Assembly: GCA_041662745.1 (NCBI GenBank)
Contig: JBAZRV010000002.1
Location: forward strand, 21,785 to 85,784
Direction: 5' to 3'
DNA length: 64,000 bases
Origin: Patescibacteria group bacterium
GTDB lineage: Bacteria; Patescibacteriota; Patescibacteriia; 2-01-FULL-39-33
A program made the position numbers and the translations under genes. Numbering within the stretch: the first letter of the stretch is position 1; every line of letters starts with the position of its first letter. The notes under the pieces are model-generated. The model did not search any database and was not told where the DNA came from. It was given only the letters and a program-made list of their open reading frames with translations. Of this stretch, positions 1 through 13,112 are shown piece after piece.

Positions 1-1
1 C

Positions 2-1126
2 AATTTTTTATTGGATAAAAAATTGGCCATCATTGACATTCGGCCACAAGCCGCCTTAAGCGTCTGGTATTGGCAGAAACTTTTATTTTTTAAGCGGGTC
101 AGCAATAAAGATTTGGTTATATTTTTTCGTCAATTGGCGGTAATGGTTGAAGCTAATATCCCACTGGTACGCGGTTTGCGTATCTTAGTCCGGCAAACCA
201 AGAATGATTATTTGCGTAATGTAATTGACAAGGTGGCGGACGAAGTGGAGGGCGGATCAAGTTTTTCTTCCGCCTTAGAGGCCTATCCCGATGTTTTCAC
301 TAAGTTTTATGTCAATATTATGCGTTCCGGTGAGACGTCAGGCCGCTTATCGGAAGTGATGAATTATTTGGCCGATCAAAAAGAAAAGGATTATGATTTG
401 GAATCCAAGGTTAGGGGGGCGATGATTTATCCGGCCATGATTGTTTTAGTTTTGGGCGTAGTGGGTTTTATCGTCGTAGCCTTTGTTATTCCCGGCATTA
501 CTAAAATGTTAGTGGAATCAGGCGCTCAGATACCGTTAATTACCAGGTTAATGATGAATTTAGCTAATTTTTTAAGGAATTTTTGGTGGTTAGTGGTGCT
601 TTCAGTTGCTGGTTTGCTAATAATATTTTTTGTCGGTCGGCAGACGCCTGAAGGCAGACGTTTTCTGGATTGGGTAAAACTTAAAATTCCTATTTTTGGC
701 GCTATTTTTAAGGATATTTATATTGTGCGTTTTGCTCAGAGTTTTGCCACCCTGATTAAAGGCGGAGTTCCCATCGCCCAGGGCTTAGCCGTGGTGAAGG
801 AGGTTGTTGACAATAAATTATTTGAAGAAATGATTAATGATGCAATTGAAGGCGTTAATGAAGGCAATCAGATTTCTGAGAGTTTGGCCGCCAGTCCTTA
901 TTTGCCGCAAATCGTGGCTAATATGATCAGTATTGGAGAAGAATCGGGAAAATTGGAAGAAGTATTAGATAAGGCTGCCGATTTTTATTCCAAAGAAATA
1001 GATAATTCGGTTAGGAATCTATCCAATCTGATTGAACCGATAATTATGATTGTTTTGGGAATTGCAGTGGCATTGTTTGTTATTGCAGTCATCTTGCCAA
1101 TGTGGCAGTTGTCGTCTGCTTTTTAA
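2..1126 (+). CDS. pilC: Type IV pilus assembly platform protein PilC/GspF family (5' partial; frame is open to the window edge)
   Basis: Two GspF-type repeats (FFRQLAVMVEANIPLVRGL...; FAQSFATLIKGGVPIAQGL) and 3 TM segments; N-terminus is missing relative to ~400 aa PilC. Confidence 0.8.
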   Translation, partial: NFLLDKKLAIIDIRPQAALSVWYWQKLLFFKRVSNKDLVIFFRQLAVMVEANIPLVRGLRILVRQTKNDYLRNVIDKVADEVEGGSSFSSALEAYPDVFTKFYVNIMRSGETSGRLSEVMNYLADQKEKDYDLESKVRGAMIYPAMIVLVLGVVGFIVVAFVIPGITKMLVESGAQIPLITRLMMNLANFLRNFWWLVVLSVAGLLIIFFVGRQTPEGRRFLDWVKLKIPIFGAIFKDIYIVRFAQSFATLIKGGVPIAQGLAVVKEVVDNKLFEEMINDAIEGVNEGNQISESLAASPYLPQIVANMISIGEESGKLEEVLDKAADFYSKEIDNSVRNLSNLIEPIIMIVLGIAVALFVIAVILPMWQLSSAF

Positions 1127-1312
1127 AGTTTGCAAATTGCTGGTTTTTCTGTTTTTTTATCATTTTTTGTGCTATAATTATGTTATAAAATAGCTGTGGA
1201 TAAGCTAAATAACCCATTTAATAAGGGAAAGGTCGAGGAAAAAGCTTAAGAGACAGTTGAATTTTATTCACTCGCGAGTGAACTTAAAATGTTAAATATA
1301 AATTATAAACCT

Positions 1313-1723
1313 ATGAATAAGAAAGGTTTTACTTTGATTGAATTGCTGGTGGTTATCGCCATTATCGGCATTTTGTCTTCAGTTGCCATTGTTTATTTGC
1401 AAGATGCCAGAAATAAAGCTAATGACGCCAAGGTTCAATCTAATATTGCCACCGCCTCCACTCAAACGGAAATTGCCAGGGCCAATGGAGAAAGCGTTGA
1501 TTCCGACACTTATAGAGATTCTGTTATCGCAAAGTTAGGCACTTATCCTTGTACTGCCGCCGGTAAGGTTAGTTGGACCGCTTCACCTTCCACTACGGCC
1601 TCTGTTGTTGCTTATTATGCCCAACTTTGTACCAGCGATTCCTATTTCTGCGCTGATACCAACGGCTTTAGAGGATTGAATACGGCCGTTCCTGCCGTAG
1701 ACGGACAATGCAATGCTAATTAA
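1313..1723 (+). CDS. Type IV (major) pilin with prepilin N-terminal methylation motif
   Basis: MNKKG|FTLIELLVVIAIIGIL with Glu at +5; C-terminal Cys pairs; start chosen at the short-leader Met (ORF track begins 1289). Confidence 0.8.
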   Translation: MNKKGFTLIELLVVIAIIGILSSVAIVYLQDARNKANDAKVQSNIATASTQTEIARANGESVDSDTYRDSVIAKLGTYPCTAAGKVSWTASPSTTASVVAYYAQLCTSDSYFCADTNGFRGLNTAVPAVDGQCNAN

Positions 1724-1734
1724 GATTTGAATTA

Positions 1735-1767
1735 AACCCTCCCGTTAAATCGGGAGGGTTTTTTTGT
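1735..1767 (+). terminator. Rho-independent terminator after the pilin gene
   Basis: AACCCTCCCG-TTAAAT-CGGGAGGGTT followed by TTTTTTT. Confidence 0.75.
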
Positions 1768-1806
1768 CGGTTTGTTTATGGTATAATATTAAGGTAAATA
1801 TAACCT

Positions 1807-2190
1807 ATGCGACGACTATCTTATAAAATCATTGTCTATTCCATGCTGCTTATTTTGGGGCTGATTTTTACCGGTTTGGCCGTTTGGTTTTATAGCGGTC
1901 AAGCGAGGGATTTTGAGCGTCTTAAAGGCCTAAAAGTCTGGCAGGATATTATGGCTGAATACTTTTCCAAGTACAATACTTACCAAGTCATTAATTGCAA
2001 TCCGGGCATGGTCATCAGCCAGTGTTTTCCCGATCGGGCCACCCCGCTTGATCCTATCAATAATGGCAATTATAAGTATCTCGTCGGCACTTTGGGCGAA
2101 ACCGATTACGAGATTAATTTTTATTTAGAGCGCGGTATCGGCGGCCTTAGGGCCGGCGGTTATACTTGGACTAAAAACGGCGTGAAATGA
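1807..2190 (+). CDS. Hypothetical small membrane protein inside the pilus locus
   Basis: N-terminal TM helix; 4-bp overlap with downstream pilD; no recognisable motif. Confidence 0.4.
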   Translation: MRRLSYKIIVYSMLLILGLIFTGLAVWFYSGQARDFERLKGLKVWQDIMAEYFSKYNTYQVINCNPGMVISQCFPDRATPLDPINNGNYKYLVGTLGETDYEINFYLERGIGGLRAGGYTWTKNGVK

Positions 2191-2930
2191 TTTTATTTAT
2201 TTTCATTATCGGCTTGATTGTCGGTAGTTTCCTCAATGTCGTTATTTGGCGACTGCATTCAGGCGAACCGATTGTTTTTGGTCGATCGCAGTGCCCGCGC
2301 TGCCAAGCTAAGCTGCGACCGAAAGATTTGATACCGTTACTGAGTTTTATTTTTCTGCAGGGCAGGTGTCGTTATTGTCGGCAACCGATTTCTTGGCAAT
2401 ATCCTTTAGTGGAATTTGCTACCGGCCTGCTCTTTCTCCTGGCTTATAGCTGCCATCCCCAGCCATTAATTTTTTTTAGAGACGCAGTATTAATTTCTAT
2501 TTTAATCGTTATTTTTGTTTACGACTTGCGCTGGCAGTTGATTCCCGATCAGATAACTATCCCCGCCATTATTTTATTGTTTATATTCAGCTTGCTTTTA
2601 GGCAGCAGTTTATGGTTGTTGATCTTTTCTGTCTTAGTTGGTTTTGGTTTTTTCGGCTTGCAATACCTGGTTTCTTCCGGGCGTTGGATCGGCGGCGGTG
2701 ATTTGCGTTTAGGCGCTTTGATGGGGGCGACTTTGGGCTGGCCTCTTCTGATAGTCGCCTTATTAATCGCTTATATTATCGGCGCCGCGGTTTCTATGAT
2801 ATTATTGATTTTAGGTAAAGCCAAAGCTAAGACGCCCATCGCCTTTGGTACTTTTTTGGCCTTGGGCACTTTAATCGCTTTGTTTTGGGGTGAAAGAATC
2901 ATCAGTTGGTATCTTGGTCTATTATTATAA
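2187..2930 (+). CDS. pilD: Prepilin peptidase (A24 family)
   Basis: N-terminal CxxC...CxxC zinc motif (CPRCQAKL...CRYCRQPI) and polytopic membrane core typical of PilD. Confidence 0.8.
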   Translation: MILFIFIIGLIVGSFLNVVIWRLHSGEPIVFGRSQCPRCQAKLRPKDLIPLLSFIFLQGRCRYCRQPISWQYPLVEFATGLLFLLAYSCHPQPLIFFRDAVLISILIVIFVYDLRWQLIPDQITIPAIILLFIFSLLLGSSLWLLIFSVLVGFGFFGLQYLVSSGRWIGGGDLRLGALMGATLGWPLLIVALLIAYIIGAAVSMILLILGKAKAKTPIAFGTFLALGTLIALFWGERIISWYLGLLL

Positions 2931-2933
2931 TGT

Positions 2934-3446
2934 ATGTTACGACATAAATTACAGCAAGGGTTCACTTTGATTGAATTGCTGATTGCCATCGCTATTTTTA
3001 CGATGCTTTCTTCTTTTATGGTGGCCAGTTTTACCAGTGACGAGAAAACCCGCCTATTAAAAGAACAGGCTGATTTGGTTTTAGCCGGAATTGATCAGGC
3101 GCGTAATTTATCTTTGGCCGGCAGCGGCCCAAGCAATATTTATTCTCAACAGTTTGTTTTTACTGTCAGTAATTGCCAAACCGGTTGTTTTTATGAGGTC
3201 AAGGGCCGAGATCCGGATCAGCAGATAGTCAAGAAAAATTTAGAGGGGATAAGCGTCACTGTTAAAAATGAAACGAGCAATCAGTTGTCAATTTCTTTCG
3301 CCGTGCCTCGGGGGCGAATGGCCTTGTCCGGCGATAGCAATCCCAGTGAGGCCCAGATAGAAGTCAGTAACAATTCAAGCGCTTTTTGCATCCAAGTTAA
3401 CAGTATTTCTGGTAAGGTTGAGGAAATTAAAGGCAATTGCCCGTAG
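2934..3446 (+). CDS. Minor pilin / pseudopilin with prepilin N-terminus
   Basis: MLRHKLQQG|FTLIELLIAIAIF. Confidence 0.7.
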   Translation: MLRHKLQQGFTLIELLIAIAIFTMLSSFMVASFTSDEKTRLLKEQADLVLAGIDQARNLSLAGSGPSNIYSQQFVFTVSNCQTGCFYEVKGRDPDQQIVKKNLEGISVTVKNETSNQLSISFAVPRGRMALSGDSNPSEAQIEVSNNSSAFCIQVNSISGKVEEIKGNCP

Positions 3447-3450
3447 TTCT

Positions 3451-4065
3451 ATGATAAGATTAAAAAATGACCAATCCGGCCAAAGCCTGATTGAATTGAT
3501 TGTTTCCATCGCTGTTATAACTATCGGCCTCTTTTCTGTTTGGTTTTTATTTTTGGTTAATTTTAATGCCGTTAAAGAGTCGGAAATGCGTATTGTAGCG
3601 GCCAATCTGGCTCGCGAAGGAGTGGAAATAACCAAAAATGTCCGTGATAGCAATTGGCTGAGAATGGCCAGGAATATTCCCGACGAAACCTCTTTGTGGC
3701 TATGGGATAGGGGATTGGCTGATGGCAGTTATACCGTTGATTATAAGAGTGGTTTATTTGAGGTTACAGACAGCAGCCAAACTGGTAAATTATTTTATGG
3801 TATTGATGGCTACTATTCGGTTCAGCCGTCAAATAAAGCCTCTTTTTTTTCCCGTTTTATTACTTTAACCTCCATTTGTTGCAATGATAGTAATCCCGAA
3901 GATTTAAAATGTGATGATACGGCTTATTTTTCTCCTACGGATAGCGGCGGTTGTCCTAATAATACCCTTAAGATCGGTATTAATATCAGTTCTCGTGTCA
4001 CTTGGTCTTATTCCGGCCAGCCTCGCCAACTCATCGTAGAAGATCAATTGTTTAATTGGCGTTAA
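3451..4065 (+). CDS. Minor pilin (PilV-like) with prepilin N-terminus
   Basis: MIRLKNDQSGQS|LIELIVSIAVI; internal Met start chosen to avoid overlap with the upstream gene. Confidence 0.6.
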   Translation: MIRLKNDQSGQSLIELIVSIAVITIGLFSVWFLFLVNFNAVKESEMRIVAANLAREGVEITKNVRDSNWLRMARNIPDETSLWLWDRGLADGSYTVDYKSGLFEVTDSSQTGKLFYGIDGYYSVQPSNKASFFSRFITLTSICCNDSNPEDLKCDDTAYFSPTDSGGCPNNTLKIGINISSRVTWSYSGQPRQLIVEDQLFNWR

Positions 4066-4068
4066 TTT

Positions 4069-4644
4069 ATGGAATCAAAATCTAATTACAATCAAGGGTT
4101 TACTTTAATAGAGATGCTGATTACTGCCGGTTTGTTTGCCATTACTTCGGTTTTGGTCGGCGGAGTTTTTATCAATGTCAATAATCTCCAGCAGCAGACT
4201 GCCAATATGCAAAAGTTGCAAAATGACGGCCGCTATATGATTGAAAAAATAGGCCGGGAAATTCGCGGCCGGGAGCTGGATTATGAAAGGACTTTGCCGC
4301 CTGTTGACGGTAAGGTTGATAGGCTGATATTTAAAAAGGATGAGGCCGGGGAGATTTGGCAATTGGCTTATGATCCGGAAGATCTTACGGCTAAGATCTT
4401 TATTACTACCCTTAACCCCGATGGCACTGTTTTCGCCCCCCTAAACGCTTCCGACGTGGGCGTAAGCAACTTGCAGTTCATCGTCAGCCCGATTTATGAT
4501 CCTTATGCCGGCATTACGGCCGATGATTATATTTATCAGCCGAAAATTACTTTACTTATGTCGATTTATAATAAAAATGCGCCCGATCGCTATCGTAAGG
4601 AATTGCGGCTGCAGACTACGATTTCTTCCAAAGTCTACCATTAA
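4069..4644 (+). CDS. Minor pilin (PilW-like) with prepilin N-terminus
   Basis: MESKSNYNQG|FTLIEMLITAGLF. Confidence 0.65.
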   Translation: MESKSNYNQGFTLIEMLITAGLFAITSVLVGGVFINVNNLQQQTANMQKLQNDGRYMIEKIGREIRGRELDYERTLPPVDGKVDRLIFKKDEAGEIWQLAYDPEDLTAKIFITTLNPDGTVFAPLNASDVGVSNLQFIVSPIYDPYAGITADDYIYQPKITLLMSIYNKNAPDRYRKELRLQTTISSKVYH

Positions 4645-4646
4645 TT

Positions 4647-7558
<2,912 letters not shown>

Positions 7559-7658
7559 TTTCATTAAATGCCGTTGTAACTATTTATTGCCCGGCATTAC
7601 CGGCGATTGACAAGGAGCAAGGCAAAAAATCCTGATTTATTAAAATAAAGATTGAATT

Positions 7659-7684
7659 AAACGCCTGCTGACAGGCGTTTTTGC
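7659..7684 (+). terminator. Rho-independent terminator after ligA
   Basis: AACGCCTG-CTGAC-CAGGCGTT followed by TTTTG. Confidence 0.7.
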
Positions 7685-7725
7685 ATACTTGATTTTTTTC
7701 GTTGTTTTATGTTATTATTTAGTAT

Positions 7726-9222
7726 ATGAAAGAGGCCGCTAAACAACGTTTATCGGAAATTTTTCCCGCTGCCATTGTTTGGCTGACTTTTGTTGCTGCC
7801 ATAGGATTATCATTAATAAAACCGCTTTGGGCGGTTTATTTTATTTTGATTTTTTCCGTTTATTGGATTGTCCGCTTATTTTACATGCTATGGTGGCTGA
7901 TTTCCTCTTGGATCAAATTCCGACGGAACATTAAGAAGGATTGGCTGGAGCAGGTTAAAAAGTTACCTAAAAATTATCTTGATTATTGGCATGTTATTAC
8001 CTTACCCACCTACAAGGAGCCTTACGAAGTAATTGAAAGAACTTTTGAAACATTGCTTAAGTGCGATTACCCCAAGGAAAAGATGATTGTTGTTTTGGGC
8101 GGAGAAGGGGGGGATAAAGAGAATTTTTTAAAGGTGGCTGCCAAAATAGAAGCTAAATATGCGGACAGATTCAAGAAACTGATGATTACCGTGCATCCTC
8201 GCCGGCCTGATGAATTGCCGGGCAAGGGCAGTAACGTCCATTATCAGGAAGAGCGCCTTAAAGAGTATATTGATCAAGAAGGAATCCCTTATGAAGATGT
8301 GATTGTTTCTTGTTTTGATATTGAAACCCTGCCTCATCCCCAGTATTTCGCCTATTTGACTTATAAATATTTAACTCATCCTAATCCGACCCATGCCAGT
8401 TATCAGCCATTAGTGCTTTATAATAATAATATTTGGGAGTCTAATCCGATCATTCGCGTAGTGGCTTCAGCCACGACTTTTTGGCTATTGACTGATATGT
8501 CGCGCCCGGAGCGCTTGTTGACCTTTTCCAGCCATTCCATGAGTTTTAAAATGATTGTTGATGTCGGCGGTCATGAAAAGACAATTGTTTCTGAAGATTC
8601 GCGCATTTGTCTGCAGGCCGTAGATCATTACAATGGCGATTATGAAGTGGTGCCTATGTTTATTACCGTATCTATGGACACTGTCTATATTGGAAAGTTT
8701 TGGCAGTCCTTGGGCAATCAGTATAAGCAAATGCGACGGTGGGCTTGGGGCGTAGAGCATTTCCCTTGGATGTGGGATCATTTTTTCGGCGCCCATAAAA
8801 ATACTAAAATTCCCTTGCACGTGCGTTTAAGGTACTTTTGGGTGCAAGCCGAGGGCATGTATTCTTGGGCGACGGCGCCGATATTGATTTTAATTGTCGG
8901 CCGTCTGCCCTTAGCGATGATTTCCGGCGCTGATAAAGCCACGGCTTTTGTCCAGAATGCGCCGATTACTCTTGAAAATTTAATGACTATCGGTATGGTT
9001 GGCTTGGTTTTGAACGCGGTCATGTACACCTTTTCTTTGCCGGAACGGCCAAAGCACATGTCAGTTTTTAATTGGCTGATAATGGTTCTGCAGTGGGTAT
9101 TATTCCCCGTTACCATGATTATTTTCGGCTCTATTCCGGCCATAGAATCGCAGACCCGCTTATTGCTTGGCGGCAAGTATCGTTTGGGTTTCTGGGTGAC
9201 GGAAAAGAAATTAACCAAATAG
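7726..9222 (+). CDS. Membrane-embedded processive family-2 glycosyltransferase (cellulose/chitin-synthase-like)
   Basis: N- and C-terminal TM helices; QxxRW motif (QYKQMRRWAWG). Confidence 0.6.
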   Translation: MKEAAKQRLSEIFPAAIVWLTFVAAIGLSLIKPLWAVYFILIFSVYWIVRLFYMLWWLISSWIKFRRNIKKDWLEQVKKLPKNYLDYWHVITLPTYKEPYEVIERTFETLLKCDYPKEKMIVVLGGEGGDKENFLKVAAKIEAKYADRFKKLMITVHPRRPDELPGKGSNVHYQEERLKEYIDQEGIPYEDVIVSCFDIETLPHPQYFAYLTYKYLTHPNPTHASYQPLVLYNNNIWESNPIIRVVASATTFWLLTDMSRPERLLTFSSHSMSFKMIVDVGGHEKTIVSEDSRICLQAVDHYNGDYEVVPMFITVSMDTVYIGKFWQSLGNQYKQMRRWAWGVEHFPWMWDHFFGAHKNTKIPLHVRLRYFWVQAEGMYSWATAPILILIVGRLPLAMISGADKATAFVQNAPITLENLMTIGMVGLVLNAVMYTFSLPERPKHMSVFNWLIMVLQWVLFPVTMIIFGSIPAIESQTRLLLGGKYRLGFWVTEKKLTK

Positions 9223-9223
9223 C

Positions 9224-10261
9224 ATGATTAGTCCTAAAGTTACCATAATTATTGTTACCAGAAACAGCCAGCGTTTTATGGCGTCTTGTTTGGATTCAAT
9301 TTATGCCCAGACTTATCGTGATTTCCAGGTTTTGGTGATTGATAATGACAGCCATGACGGCACGGTAGAATTTGTCCGTTCTAATTATCCGCAAACCGTG
9401 ATGTTCGTCAATAATAAGAACTCTGGTTTTGCTAAAGCCAACAATCAAGGCATCAGGCTGATTAAGTCGCCGTTTTTTCTATTATGCAATCCGGATATAA
9501 TTTTGGAACCCGATTGGCTGGAAAAGATCATGTCCATAGCCGAGTTGGAACAAAACAATGATTGCGCCAGTTTCGGCGGGAAACTGCTTAAGTTAAAATT
9601 AATTAATGCGGAAATAGGCGAAACGGAAAAAACCGAAATCATTGATTCTTGCGGTTTAAAATTCCTCAAAAATCATCGTTTTGTGGAATGGGGGGCCGGT
9701 GATCCGGCAGCAGAATACAATCAGGCGCAAGAGGTGTTCGGCCATTCCGGCGCTTTAGTGTTGTTGCGTAAAGAGTCATTGGAACAGGTTGTTATTCAGG
9801 ATAGGCACCATTATACCGGTGATTTTTTGGACAGTAATTTTTTCTTTTATAAAGAAGATGTGGATTTGGCTTGGCGTTTGCGCCTGCAGGGTTTTAGATC
9901 GATGTTCATACCCGAGGCCGTGGCTTATCATTTGCGAACCTTTCCGGCAGCGCAGAATAATCGCTTGGGCGAGGTGGTTGCCAATCGCCGCCAGCAAAAT
10001 GATCTGGCTCGCTATTATTCTTACCGTAATCATTTTTTGGTCTTGCTGGGCAATGAATATTTATCCAATCTAATCATTTATTCGCCGTTCATCGCCTGGT
10101 ATGAGCTGAAGAAATTCTGTTATTTGTTGATTTTTGAAATTAGGAATTTAAAAGCGATTGCCGAAGTGATCGGGATGTTGCCCCAAACATTAGCCAAGCG
10201 CCGGCAGATTTTTCGACGCGCCAAACTTAAGGCCGGAGATATTAGAAAATGGATAAGTTAA
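9224..10261 (+). CDS. Glycosyltransferase family 2
   Basis: VTIIIVTRNSQRFMASCLDSI...VLVIDNDSHDGT GT2 signature. Confidence 0.75.
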   Translation: MISPKVTIIIVTRNSQRFMASCLDSIYAQTYRDFQVLVIDNDSHDGTVEFVRSNYPQTVMFVNNKNSGFAKANNQGIRLIKSPFFLLCNPDIILEPDWLEKIMSIAELEQNNDCASFGGKLLKLKLINAEIGETEKTEIIDSCGLKFLKNHRFVEWGAGDPAAEYNQAQEVFGHSGALVLLRKESLEQVVIQDRHHYTGDFLDSNFFFYKEDVDLAWRLRLQGFRSMFIPEAVAYHLRTFPAAQNNRLGEVVANRRQQNDLARYYSYRNHFLVLLGNEYLSNLIIYSPFIAWYELKKFCYLLIFEIRNLKAIAEVIGMLPQTLAKRRQIFRRAKLKAGDIRKWIS

Positions 10262-10295
10262 TCAGAACGGGCCCTCATTTCTATTAAATTTAATT

Positions 10296-11075
10296 ATGGA
10301 GATATCAATAGTCATTAATAATTATAAAACCCGCGGGTTGCTTAAACAGTGCCTGAAGGGCATATACGCTAATCCGCCCAGCGCAGAGTTTGAAGTTGTG
10401 GTGGTTGATAATAATAGCCAAGACGGCTCGGTAGAGTTAGTTCGGGAGAGCTTTCCCCAAGTCCGCTTAATCGCTTCAGGCAAGAATCTCGGCCACCATA
10501 AAGGCAATAATTTGGGCATCAAAAATTCCGTCGGTAAGTATGTTTTAATCTTGAATACTGATATTGCCGTATCGGCTGGGGCCGTTGATGAGTTGTATGA
10601 TTTTATGGAAAGCCAGCCGGAAATCGCTTTAGTCGGTCCGCGATTAAAGAATCCTGACGGTTCCATTCAAATGTCTTGCTTGCGTTTTCCGCATTTATTG
10701 ACGCCGTTTTACCGCCGGACAGCGCTGAATCAATTCAAATTTGCACAGGAGGAATTGCGCCGTTATCTGATGGAAGATTTCAATCATAATGAAACGCGGC
10801 CGGTGGATTGGATTTTAGGCGCCTGTGAAATGGTCCGTCGCGGCGCGATTGATCGGGTTGGCGGCATGGATGAAGGCTTATTTTTGTATTTTGGCGATGT
10901 AGCTTGGTGTCGAAAGTTTTGGCAGGCGGGATTGCCGGTATATTATTTTGCCGGCGCCGATATTATTCATTACCATAAGCGCGAGTCAGCCGAGAGCGGA
11001 ATTTTCTCCAAGATTTTTTGGATTCATATCAGTGATTGGATCAGATATTTATTGAAATATTATCGCCCCGATTAG
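10296..11075 (+). CDS. Glycosyltransferase family 2
   Basis: ISIVINNYKTRGLLKQCL...VVVVDNNSQDGS GT2 signature. Confidence 0.75.
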   Translation: MEISIVINNYKTRGLLKQCLKGIYANPPSAEFEVVVVDNNSQDGSVELVRESFPQVRLIASGKNLGHHKGNNLGIKNSVGKYVLILNTDIAVSAGAVDELYDFMESQPEIALVGPRLKNPDGSIQMSCLRFPHLLTPFYRRTALNQFKFAQEELRRYLMEDFNHNETRPVDWILGACEMVRRGAIDRVGGMDEGLFLYFGDVAWCRKFWQAGLPVYYFAGADIIHYHKRESAESGIFSKIFWIHISDWIRYLLKYYRPD

Positions 11076-11121
11076 TTGTTTTATAGTTGTTTTAAATTTT
11101 ATACTTTTTAGATTTTATATT

Positions 11122-13092
11122 ATGTTCTTTAAGAAAAAAAACAAATTGGAGCAGTTGCTTCAAGTGAACCCTTTTAATAAAAAAGCCAAAAGGCGCTGGT
11201 GGAAATTTTTGGCGCCGGCGGTTTTATTGTTGATAATTATTGCCGCCATCATCGTTCCCCTGGCTGTAAACGGCAGTTATATTTATCTCCGACTTGTGGC
11301 AATAAATAATCGGGTTGAACCGATTATGACGGCCGCCACGCAAGGTGATTTTGCCGTTATTGACGCCCAACTGACGGCGATTCGCGATGATTTGGCCGTA
11401 GTGCGGGAAAGAACCAGACAATTAGGGCCGATTTTATGGTGGCCGGCGGTGGCTAAGACTGCGCGTACCGGAGATAAAATGATGTTGGCAACCGGCGATC
11501 TGCTTGCCGGCTATCAGGAAATGCTGTCGGTTTTTTCCGATTTGTCTTTGCAGACCCAGGAACAGAGGGTGGTATTTGATTTCTCGGCCAAGGAATCCAA
11601 ACGTCAATTGTTGGCTTCCATCGTTAAGAACAGGAATAAATTGGAAGAAGCGAGAAATAAAATAGTTTTAGCTAAGGCCGGATTGAATTCGGTCAATACT
11701 GATGATTTGACCGGTATCTTCCAAAACAAGGTGGCCGCCGCCAACCGTTTATTGTCTGAGGCGGTAGAACAAAGCGAAGTGGCTTTGCCGTTATTCAAGT
11801 ATCTGCCGGAGTTAGCCGGTTACAATCAAGAAAAAAATTATTTGATTTTGTTTGAAAATAATACCGAACTCAGGCCGACCGGAGGATTTATCGGCAGCTA
11901 CGGCTTAGTAACCGTTAAGGACGGCGATATTATCGCTATGCATACTGATGATATTTATAATCTTGATAAGTGGTCCAAAGATAAGTTACAAGTCCCGGCG
12001 CCTTGGCCCATGACTGCTTACAATGCTCAGAAATATTTGTTTTTGCGCGATGCCAATTGGTCGCCGGATTGGCCGACTTCGGCTCGGCAGATTGAATGGT
12101 TTTGGAACGTGGAGCGGGCTAATGCCGGCTTAGCGCCGGTTCACCTTGATGGCATCATTGCCATCACGCCGGAATTCATCGCTAATTTTTTGGCGGTTAC
12201 CGGGCCGATTACCGCCGACGGCATTACTTTCACTAGCGACAACTTTACTTATCAATTGGAACAGCAAGTGGAATTTGCTTATGCCGCGAGAGGCATTGAC
12301 CTGGCTAATCGTAAAGATATCATCGGTGATTTAACCAAGGATATCATCGCCCGTATTACCAAGGCTAAGGCCGCCGAGTTATTCCAAGTCTGGCTGGCTA
12401 TGAAAAAGAATATAGACGAGAAGCAGGTTTTGGCGTATATGACTGATCCGCAACTGCAGACCTATTTGGCGCAAGAAAACTGGTCGGGGGAGATGAAGCA
12501 AGGCGAAGGCGATTATTTGTATATTGTTGACGCTAATTTGGCGGCGTTAAAAACCGACCAAGTAATGAAGCGGGCGATAACTTATAGCGTCACTCCTGAT
12601 GTTAACGGCGATTTGCTGGCTAAGGTGGAAATCAATTATCAACACACCGGCCGATCGGTTCCGGCCTTGATTACTAATTATCGCAGTTATACCAGAGTGT
12701 ATGTGCCGGAAGGCAGCTGGTTCACCAAAGCGTATTTTAAGGATAGCAAGGGCACGCAGGATTTATCGTTAGACAAGGAAGTGGAAATTAAAAATGAGTT
12801 GGGCAAGCGTTACTTAGGTGTTTTTTTGACCGTTAACCAGGGGTCTGATAAAACTTTGGTTTTGGAATATCGGTTGTCTCCGGAGGTAAAGCAATTGGCT
12901 CAAGACGGCCTGTACAAATTAAGTGTTCAGAAGCAACCGGGCACGCCTGGACATAAACTCAAAATTGATTTAAAATTTGACCAGCGCATTACCGCTTATT
13001 ATTCCAAAATCATGCCTCAAAGGGTATTGGGTCAAAGTTTGCTTTGGGACACTGATTTATCGGTTGATCGCGATTTTATTATAAAGTTTTAG
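11122..13092 (+). CDS. DUF4012-family membrane-anchored protein
   Basis: Single N-terminal TM; NTELRPTGGFIGSYG motif; ~650 aa; adjacent to GT2 genes. Confidence 0.55.
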   Translation: MFFKKKNKLEQLLQVNPFNKKAKRRWWKFLAPAVLLLIIIAAIIVPLAVNGSYIYLRLVAINNRVEPIMTAATQGDFAVIDAQLTAIRDDLAVVRERTRQLGPILWWPAVAKTARTGDKMMLATGDLLAGYQEMLSVFSDLSLQTQEQRVVFDFSAKESKRQLLASIVKNRNKLEEARNKIVLAKAGLNSVNTDDLTGIFQNKVAAANRLLSEAVEQSEVALPLFKYLPELAGYNQEKNYLILFENNTELRPTGGFIGSYGLVTVKDGDIIAMHTDDIYNLDKWSKDKLQVPAPWPMTAYNAQKYLFLRDANWSPDWPTSARQIEWFWNVERANAGLAPVHLDGIIAITPEFIANFLAVTGPITADGITFTSDNFTYQLEQQVEFAYAARGIDLANRKDIIGDLTKDIIARITKAKAAELFQVWLAMKKNIDEKQVLAYMTDPQLQTYLAQENWSGEMKQGEGDYLYIVDANLAALKTDQVMKRAITYSVTPDVNGDLLAKVEINYQHTGRSVPALITNYRSYTRVYVPEGSWFTKAYFKDSKGTQDLSLDKEVEIKNELGKRYLGVFLTVNQGSDKTLVLEYRLSPEVKQLAQDGLYKLSVQKQPGTPGHKLKIDLKFDQRITAYYSKIMPQRVLGQSLLWDTDLSVDRDFIIKF

Positions 13093-13112
13093 GAGGGTTA
13101 TCATAGATTATT

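Noticed and set aside
1338-1538. 66-aa alternate-frame ORF inside the pilin gene
   Set aside because: It is fully embedded in a well-supported pilin CDS.
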